Shown piece by piece: positions 14,301 to 23,500 of a stretch of DNA of 64,000 nt; positions within the stretch are counted from its first letter, which is position 1, and each line of letters begins with the position of its first letter. This DNA is from Bugula neritina. Lineage: Eukaryota; Animalia; Bryozoa. The stretch covers positions 13,878,642 to 13,942,641 of the forward strand of contig OZ037770.1 of NCBI GenBank assembly GCA_964035545.1, in the 5' to 3' direction. Position numbers and translations under genes: made by a program. The notes under the pieces were generated by a model that was not told the origin of the DNA, did not search any database, and was given only the letters and a program-made list of their open reading frames with translations.

Positions 14301-17300
14301 TTTCACAGGATATCAGAGGTCACCAAGCTTGTGTCCGTTTTGTACCATCACGATTCTTATGTTTGGCAAAATAGATGCAGTCAATTCTTGCCTTGTCCTT
14401 CTAAAAACAAGATGCTTGTTGAAAGACAAGAGTTTGAGGAGCTGGTTTCAGATTTTAATGATACAGGCGTTTTGGTGCACACTCTTCTTGTTTATTTAAT
14501 TGAGCAAGAAACGTCATTCAAAAGTGTCCAAGATATCGATATTGCTATTTGCTTGCTCAAGAGCTTCCGTTTGTTACACGGTCCATTTCAAAGAGATTCT
14601 GACAGCTCGTGTTTTATTGTGCCGTTGTTTGCCAAGGAATATTTCAATATATCTTTCTCTTCACCGAAAAAGCTTTGTCTTCAAACCAGTGTCCAGTTCA
14701 ATGGCCTAACCCTGCCTCAATATGTTTACCATCAAATGAGTGTTGGCCTGTTGGAGTTGTTTCCTGACGTAACGGCGGTAATCAAAGTGAAAAGAAATGG
14801 TGCTAATGCATATCAGGATGGAATCTACACTCAGCTAATTCATGATTACAAGTCAAGCAAGGTTAACGTTTATGTTTCATCCGAAACGGTCGATATTAGT
14901 AGCATGTGGGCACGGCTGGTCAGCACCACCAACAACATGCTGAAACATGTTCTAGAAACTTGGACGGCGAGTAGACCGGTTACTTCTGTTTACTGTGCGC
15001 ATTGCCTGCTGCTGGGAGACCCTCATCCAAGAAAGATAACAAACCCTCAATGGTGTATCAATTCGCTGAACAAGTCCGCACCTCCAGTTTCCTTGTACAA
15101 TGGGCTTACGTTATGCAAGGAGGAAGAAATTCCAAGTGCTCTTCTCTATCCGTGTATGTCTATTTTAGTCCTTCTTAAAATCTTTGCTTATGCTGCAGCA
15201 TTTTGCGTGGAAGTACTCCGAAAATAGTAATAAAAGATGAAAAAATATCAAATATTTAAATGGAATAATAATTTGTTGTATTATATGTTCTCGTAAACAG
15301 ACATCCACCATAACTGTCTTTGATTTTCTGTAGTATTCAAAAGTTCTGATTTGCTATAGGTAACGCTGTGCTAGAAGATGAAGCTTGTACGAGTCTTGAA
15401 AAAATGGTTGATCGATTCATTGCTAGAAGAAATGAAAAGAAGGCAACTCTTGCAGGTAAGTTTTTTGTGAGATTATCTTTCAGCGTGTCTTTGCATCAGG
15501 TTTACAATTTTGTTATGGAATTTCCCCACACAACATATTATTATTTAATCTTTTTTTAACTTACCTTTAAAACACAGTGTCTTAATATAATTCTATTCCA
15601 TACACTTTAGTGCACTGATTATTATTATCAAGTCATATATGCTGTAATAGTTATTTATGTGAAACAACATGTATATAAGTAATGTAACATAATACATGCC
15701 ATAACTTGCAATCAAACTATTGCTACAGCTAGCAGTCTTAGCCAATCAAATGAGAGCACAAGGGATCAAGCAGCCAATGAAGATGATTTGAGTGATCTCT
15801 CTGATGAGGATGAGAATCTGTATCCAGATGAGGAATTTGGTGAAGAGATGAAGTTGATACGTCTGAACCCAACACCAACTACTAGCTCTAGGATAAGACA
15901 ACTCTTCTCAAACACTGACAAGGTATTCCAATCTCATTTAATTTCAAGTACAGAAAAGCAATTCTTATATATTTCAGAATATTTATATCTTTTATTTATA
16001 TAATTTAGTGTAGCTCTAACATAACCTGGTTTCTAGAGGTAAGAATGAAGCTAGTTCTATATTATGAGCCTGGTTTTAAATGCTGTTTTTGTTAACAATA
16101 TAGTTGGCTACTCTCTTAGGAAAGTGTAAGCTTAAATACTGGTCCACATTTGTTGTTTTTTGTTCAAAATTCAGAGCTATAATCTTTCATTGGATTTGAT
16201 ATTTATTATTTACTTCACTTAGATTCTGAGTTCTTGTAACTTGCACATAGGCCTACTCATTTATATGCTGTATGGTGCCCCTAGGTGTTCAGTATGACAA
16301 GGAAAAGAGGAAGAGCTCTTATAATAAACAACAAGAACTTTGATAAGAGACCAGATCTGTGTAGGAAAGGTTCAGATGTTGATGTTGAGAATATGTCTGC
16401 CATGTTGAAGGAGTTCAAGTTTGACGTTGTGACGCACACAGACCTGAAGGCTGAGGTACGTTTGGGTTAGATAGCAAACTAAAATATTCCTAAATACAAA
16501 TTATGTTATTATCTCGCGTGGTAAGACCTACACCAGTAGAATGGTACTAATGGTCAACCCTTAGGCTATGCTGCTTGCTGTGAAGGAGGAAGTGAAATGT
16601 GAGGAACATGAAGATCTGGGGTGTCATGTGTTGGTTATCATGACTCATGGAGGTGTGAATAACTACATCTACGGCACTGACCTTAAAAGAGTCAGTCTTA
16701 CTGACCTGTACGACTTGTTGACACCCCTGAACTTTCCTGGTATGTCTGGGAAACCCAAAGTGGTGGTACTAGAAGTCTGTAGTGGAGGTAACTACAAACT
16801 ACACTCTTTAATATTTGAAACTCTAACCATTGTCAACCACCTTTACGAATAGGAAAATCAGCAACAACATGAATAATTTTTATGCTAAATCTATACGTTC
16901 ATTAAAAAGGTTGGAATTCCTTTAACTTTTTCCAACTTGACTCGTTAATTATTATTTAATTCTGTAAGATCGATATGATTTTTACAGTGAGGATAGATGT
17001 GGGCGATAGAGGTATAGACCCAGCATCTGATATTGGACAAGCTCAGAAAGAAGATACTGAAATAGTATCGCCCCAACCTGCTAAAGTTCCTGGAGTAGTT
17101 GGTTTTGAGGCTATGAATAGACTGAACTATGATGATCTGCTGGTAGTGAAAGCTAGCATGGAGTGTGAGTAGAAAAAATCGATGCCTGCAGCCATTAGCA
17201 AACGTTTATTCATCTTTTCACAGAAAGTACTGGTTAATATCCAACAATGGAAAAAGTCATATTTGTATTTAAAGACACAATTTCATTTTTAAATTTGAAG

Positions 17301-17753
17301 TTTTATACAGCAAATGTGTTTATAAATAAATAAAAACTTGCTATGTTTGTTTTAGCCTTCATCTCCAAGATTCACCCTGTGTATGGATCTCTAATGGTTA
17401 GAGCTCTTGTATCTTCAATATACAAACATGCTGGTCACCATGATCTCTACACCATATTCAAACAGGTTAGTCAAGCTACAGTGCTAACAAAGCATCAGTA
17501 CTCATTGCAATATAATAGTATATGCATTGTGGATAATTTCTGTAGGTATGCTTGCTGTTTTCTGGGTACACTTGGTCTTCGTTATCTTGGTAAGCTTATT
17601 ATTTTCTAGGTACAGACTAAAGTTAGAAAACTGTGTGTAGACAAAGATATGAACTGTGGGCAGCTGGTCGTAGCCTGGGATACTCTCACTCACATGAGAA
17701 AACTCTACCTCTTTCCTGGGTTCAATGGCAACATGAGAGAGAATAACTCTTAA
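8373..17753 (+). CDS. LRR-ROC-COR-caspase fusion protein, copy 2 (~1364 aa). Exons 8373-8415, 10116-10335, 10476-10619, 11041-11181, 11730-11873, 12338-12481, 12665-12811, 13157-15153, 15360-15455, 15729-15922, 16285-16455, 16565-16787, 16988-17164, 17356-17465, 17610-17753
   Basis: The exons sum to 4095 nt with no in-frame stop. Five 141-147 bp double-LRR exons. ROC motifs GNTMAGKTS, DMGGQ, THKD; COR with YCAHCL; caspase His (16646-16648) and Cys (16778-16780). The first exon (MHKVAMSTANAIET) is the least certain part. Confidence 0.85.
8926..9990. mobile_element. Non-autonomous hAT-like DNA transposon in intron 1 of copy 2
   Basis: Imperfect TIRs cagggatgtagt / actacattcctg and an 8-bp TSD attacaac / attgcaac. 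The interior (~9170-9880) resembles the internal part of the elements at 44839 and 54326. Confidence 0.65.
11284..11550. repeat. Dispersed repeat, diverged copy also at ~35290-35570
   Basis: Shared blocks such as tatataaaattctgcaag, gttgtgcaactttt, tggtaca.ttttgc and cataac..ttagctttatt. Confidence 0.65.
12893..13058. repeat. Compound (TG)n/(GAGT)n microsatellite
   Basis: Seen directly in the sequence. Confidence 0.9.
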
Positions 17754-18738
17754 TTGAAATTAACTTGTATTCGGCTCGGTAGTGTGTGGCTTATATTAGA
17801 ATTACTCACTACTGCTTACCCCGCACTTTATTATATTCTAATAGAAAACTTTTTGTAAAACTAAAAGGTAATTTATACTAACTTTCCTGTTTTGTGCATT
17901 TCTGTTCAAGGTACAGAGCATTTTGATAGCTATATATTTTCCCTGTTATTATATTTAGTTATATCTTATACTATAATTGTATTAAACACATATAATACAG
18001 TTTTCAACGTAGAAGCACATTACTTCAGAATGAATAAGTTTAGAAAATTATCTTTTCAACATTTAAAGTGCTTTTGTCTACAACTTGCAGTCTTTAAGCT
18101 GTTTTATTATCTCTGATATATAATATATTTGGTGATTGCAGTGAAATTGATAAACTTGTACATTACATGTTGAATTTTTTGAGTTCATTCTCAACTGGTA
18201 ACAATAAACATAAATATATTATTCTTATTACTCCATCGGTAATTGCTTTTATAATTCACATGTAATAAATATTACTTTATTGTTAATACAGTACTGCTTC
18301 TATAAGACTTTGGTGCATAGTATCTGTTTTTTCCAAAAAAGTATCTTTAACTGACATGTTGAGCATTTTTGAAGTTCTTTAAGTTCAATGAATTTACAAG
18401 CTTCCATATTTTATGTATAGCTGACAAACTAAAGCGTACGGACTATAGTGTTTCGTAAGCTGCAAAAGGAGCATTATTTTATGGGAAATAAAGTTAAACA
18501 ACAACAACAGTAAGCTTTTCTTAGCGCGTCCGCGCCAGACCTAAACTAGATAGTTTCACATACAAAAGAAGGAAATGTGTGTAGTTGTCTGTTCATTATT
18601 CTGTGACTAGCGGCGAGAAATCTTTTGGTATTAGTTTTTCTGCCGCAAGTTTTGTCGATTGTTAATTAGCATGCAGCCTATGGACTACAGCTTTATGCAC
18701 ATGTCGGCATAAACTGATGAAAGCTGCAAAAGTCATCA

Positions 18739-18817
18739 GGGTAATTTTCTGAACCACAGGCAATTGTTACGGAAATTCCAATTAGTCGCGTGAGGTGTTT
18801 GGAAGTGGGGATTCCCC
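18739..18817 (+). promoter_or_regulatory. Cluster of NF-kB/Rel-type sites: GGGGATTCCCC (18807-18817), GGAAATTCC (18771-18779), GGGTAATTTTC (18739-18749)
   Basis: One perfect palindromic kB site and two weaker Rel-like sites within 80 bp, in a CpG-richer patch ~0.95 kb upstream of the ATG at 19755. Confidence 0.5.
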
Positions 18818-19019
18818 CACAATCTGACGCTCCACTAGGTTTCATTTTTCCATACGCTCATAGCGATAATGGGCACCATAATGATGATAGTCAAGGGCTA
18901 TTAGTATTACTTACACAGAGCCCAATGGAGATATTACTGACTGAAAATAAAGGTTTTTTTACAATTTGATCCAAGGTCCGCTTTATAAAAGTCAAAATAA
19001 GTCTGCAATTGTAAAACTA

Positions 19020-19190
19020 ATAGTTATAATATAACTAGTACTACAAGTATAACTATAACTATTACCAGTAATACTATTACTATTACTATTAGTATTAGCA
19101 TTAGTATTACTCCTACTATTAGTATTAGCATTAGTATTAATAATATTATTAGTATTACTATTACTATTACTATTAATATTACTATAAAGT
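19020..19190. repeat. Low-complexity (TAT/TAG/TAC)n tract
   Basis: Seen directly in the sequence. Confidence 0.8.
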
Positions 19191-19754
19191 ATAAAAATAA
19201 TTACAAGTCTAAGTAATTCATACTGATACTCAGACTGATAATGATACCCATACTCAGTATGGGTATCATGATACTGTTAAACTCATATTCACGATATTGT
19301 ATTTACTGTCATCAATATCATTATCACTTAATCACCATGATTATAATTATGAGTATAATTATCAGTGTAACTCTCTGTTTTAAACATTAATATGAAAGTG
19401 AATGTCAACAAATGTAATATAAATATAGTAATACTTATAGTTAGTGTTGATGGCTTAATATTTAAGTTGATGTTATATTCACAGTTTCAGTATTGACGTA
19501 ACAACAGTTCAAATTTGTTGGTCAATAGCAATGACCATGATAAGTATTTTAGTTTAGGTTTCGTGTAATAGGTAAACAAATTGAAGTAAATGATCCTGCT
19601 CTTCTATAACTTGTAGACTCATTTTGACAACAACACCACTTATATTTTTGAAATAAAACCAATCAACATTAATGATCACATTTTTTTTATAAATAAAAAT
19701 AATTTTCTGTTCCAGAGATACATTTGCCTCATATCTACAAAAAGAGTGTGAAAA

Positions 19755-20504
19755 ATGGCAGAAGCTAGAAATATTAAAAATCAATATATTATACCACCCG
19801 ATAAATTTTCATTCACTGTCGAAGAATGGCCTCAGTGGAAAAGAAGATTTATCAGATATATGTCTGTAACATCCTTAAACCAGGAGAGCGATGCTCACCA
19901 AATAGAGATGCTGATTTATACCATGGGCGACCAGGCAGAGGATGCTCTTCTGTATTCAGGAATCAATGAAAAGGTGGCAACTTTCAATGAGACCCTTGAA
20001 GCCCTTGACCAGTATTTTCTTTTAAGATCTGAATCGCGATGTCATCGAATAAAATTTAGTGAGAGAATTCAGCAGCCTGAAGAAACTATAGATGATTATA
20101 TCAAAACGCTGTTCGAGCTTTCCAAGAAATGTGATTTCGAACACACGAGTAGCGTGGAGAATCGAGTCGCTGATCAGGTGGTCAAAGGATTGAGAGATAA
20201 AGCTCTCAGTTTGAACATGCAACTTGATTCGCTCACTCTTGCTGACATCGCAGCTAAATGTGGCAGTCAGCAAAGAATATCTTCGAGAAGTGATTTAGCT
20301 GAAAACACAGAGCAAGCTGCCGATAGTAACTGGCATCATGCGTCTGCGCTAGATCCTGTTTTTACTCATAATGTAGTGACTTTTGCAGCTGACCAACAAA
20401 CACACATTCCGAGTGATCAGAGAGGCTATGTTGAAGGTTATCTACCTACCGGATGTTACTACTCCGCCTCGGATGGTGTGGCAAGCGCTGTTGAGGTACA
20501 GTAG
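19755..20504 (+). CDS. Ty3/gypsy-type Gag (capsid-like) domain, solitary and probably domesticated; 249 aa if unspliced, or first coding exon (19755-20495) of the eIF4G-like gene
   Basis: [61 protein letters not shown] and DQVVKGLRD match the N-terminal Gag of Mag/K02A2.6-like retrotransposons. No CCHC knuckle, pol or LTRs are visible. A splice acceptor (ttttctgttccag) at 19715 precedes the ATG. Confidence 0.8.
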   Translation: MAEARNIKNQYIIPPDKFSFTVEEWPQWKRRFIRYMSVTSLNQESDAHQIEMLIYTMGDQAEDALLYSGINEKVATFNETLEALDQYFLLRSESRCHRIKFSERIQQPEETIDDYIKTLFELSKKCDFEHTSSVENRVADQVVKGLRDKALSLNMQLDSLTLADIAAKCGSQQRISSRSDLAENTEQAADSNWHHASALDPVFTHNVVTFAADQQTHIPSDQRGYVEGYLPTGCYYSASDGVASAVEVQ

Positions 20505-23500
20505 ACACAAGCTCTATGTCATGCAATTTATAATTACATTATTTATGCTGTTGAATAAATAAACATATTAATTAATTTCAGCTTCATATTTTAGGTTTTT
20601 ACTGTATTTGTTCATCTCTATAAACATGCTAATTTAAATTACTCATCTCTACTAACATAACTCTCTTACTATTGGGATTCCTCTACTTTGTTTTTAGCAA
20701 TATGACAATATAACTGGTGTTTCACAATACTCTAACCAACAGTATTTAGTCTACCCTAACAGCTATCCTATTTATTACACCCCAACTTTAACAGGGGAAC
20801 AAGCTGTAGTGACGGAACCTTCACCTCAGGTAATAATAATTCCTTACTTTCACTAACACACCCACAATATTATATTATAATATCATATAAATATAATATG
20901 TAATTCAAACCTTTACTTTGAATGAAAACTGTTTAATTATTGTAAAATAATTTTTTTGGTTTTTAAATATAATTAATCACGTAATTGATATTGCATAATT
21001 TAATTCTATATCTAGTAAGTTTTTGTAAGCTCTTAAATTATTTAGTTTGAAGTTAATTTATACTTGCTGGATCACTAATTTTCAAACACATCCCTGATTA
21101 GCTAATAGCCAGTTTTCTAGCTTATCTTTGATTCATTGATGGGTAATTTTCTTATTTCAATGCTCTGTTCTAACTATCATATTTATGAGCAGTAGTTATT
21201 GAAAAATTAATTTTAAAGATGGTAAATAATTTGTTTTCTTAATCACAATTGTTAGGTATCTCCTCAACTCACTCATCGAGAAAAGCATCCTATTGAGATA
21301 GTTGATCCTCTTACCAAAACAATTGAAGACAATTCAAAGGATAAGCTTGTTTCTAGTACAAAGTCTACTCCAGGTAAACCTTTATAATATACAGGTACTT
21401 CTACACAGATTATAATTGTGTTAGGTCAACTCCAGGATACCCTGTTATATTCAAGGTAAACCACTAACTTTTAAGCCTGCTTCTGATTGACCAGAATTAA
21501 AATTCTACCGGCAAAATGAAAGCCATATTTTTGTTTAAACTTGGTAAAAAATGCATAAGGGGTTCACTTTGAACTGCAATGGGAGTTGTGCTCTGTTGTA
21601 GCTCCTGCTGGACTATCCTATGACCGAAACTTTATTGTTAGTTTGTATCATGCACCAGCTTCTCGGGTACGACCTTCATTTTTCCAGGACTTCCCTGAAA
21701 TTCTTTTAGCTCGTCCTCGAAAAGTGCCAGAGATATTTCGTAAAGGAAAGCCAAACCCTAATTACTTTAAAGAGGTTTGCATAATAAATATATATAACCA
21801 ACAATTAGATAGCGTGTTGATAGGGATAGTAAATGATCATGCCTTACTATGTTTAAGACTAACTTGCTGGAATATTTTCTACGCTCAATAAATTATGACT
21901 CATTACGTTATAGTTATTTTCAGCACTGCACACTAAAATAACCTAATAATGTCCTTACTTGAAGAATGCATCAATCAATAACCATTTGAAAGTCTTTTTG
22001 TTTGAGTTTAATGAAGACTAAATTCAATATTAGCTTTCAGGAGACCAGTTTTAAAGATGTTATAGCTTTTCTTGGGTATCACTCAAGTTTAGACTTGAAC
22101 ATAGGGAAACAGCAACTCTTTTAAGTAGAGTTTTATTTTGAAACTGAGTCATCCATAGAAACAGACGTTCACCAAATGTTTCAAGTTAATTGCTCCGAAA
22201 GACTGCAAGTTGAATATTTTACTAACAAAATATTAACTATAGTGACTTAGTAGTGTTGAAATGCATGACTCTTGTGAGGGAATAACTCCTTATTGATATT
22301 TACATTATATGGTTACAATTTACAGTAAATAGGAGCTTTTCACAAGCCCTCTGGGGACATTTGTATTTTGAAGTTGTCTCCTCCCAGAAGGGCGAAGTGT
22401 AGTCTCCATGATATATAGAACAAGCACATAAAATCAGTAGAAATTTAAGGTTTGTGGGAAGACTATTGCTAGTACCAGTTTCATTTTTTTTGAGATTAAT
22501 ATTTTGGCATAAGCACACAGGTTAGCAGTTCCAGAAAATTTTTAAAAATTTTCTTTCTTCAAAAATCTTGAGAAAAATTAACTTCAAAGCATGTTTGTGG
22601 TTTTGGTTACTGCATGAGCAAGTTGAATTGGCAACTATGAGATAAGTCCCATTAATCATTTGTTATGCTGGCTGTCATATTTAATTTATAGCTGTTGACC
22701 TTTCAACTCTTTGGTCAGAATGTGCTGTTAACACAGTGTTAGAGCACTGCTACTCTGCTAGTGCACTGAATGAGACAGCAGATTAGCTATGTTAGCATTT
22801 TCATTACACTTATGCTATGAGAATAGCTAGACTATAACCTCAACATCCATCATTTTCACAAAAAAGCATTTTCTCAAAGCTATAGATATATATTAAATAG
22901 ACAGATTAAATTTGTAGTATAGAACGAGTATGAAATGTGCTTTGATACATGTCGGTTAATTTTCTAATACAGGTTAAATGCATCTATTGCAATTGTAACA
23001 ATTGTGCTCAAATAAATATATATCTAGATAATTTAATCAGAAACCGAGATAGCCTTTTAGCAGTTGGCATTCAGGCCCTTGGGTTACAGCTTTGTTATTT
23101 CTTAATTATGCCTGTGGCTTGTAGCATTTAGGAGCATGCAGTAGTGAAGAAATTGAGAGAGCCTAAGTTCTTTAACTTTCTTTACGAATGTTGGTGTTGC
23201 GTATAACACAACTTTTTTGCTACATTTCTAATCTAGAAAAAAGGCTTTTCTCAATTTCTCCATTAGTACTGCATCTACTTTGTGTGTAGTAGTCATCTCC
23301 GTCAACTGCGGTAGATTCAAGATCCTAGTTAATGTATGGTAGGTTAAAGTATAGTTATATAATAAAATGGATATACAATATAAAATAGGTAAACTAAGCT
23401 AATCACTACTGCACCTGAAAGCCCAAGTTTCCCAACTCATCAAATTGCAGCATAAACTGAATTCTCTGACAATTACTTTAGAAGGAAATTCTGGTTGAAA

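Noticed and set aside
19755-20504. Intact LTR retrotransposon
   Set aside because: No LTRs, protease, RT or integrase nearby; only a solitary Gag-like domain.
21425-21455. Extra micro-exon in the eIF4G-like gene
   Set aside because: It would shift the frame; it looks like a short duplication of the preceding exon end.
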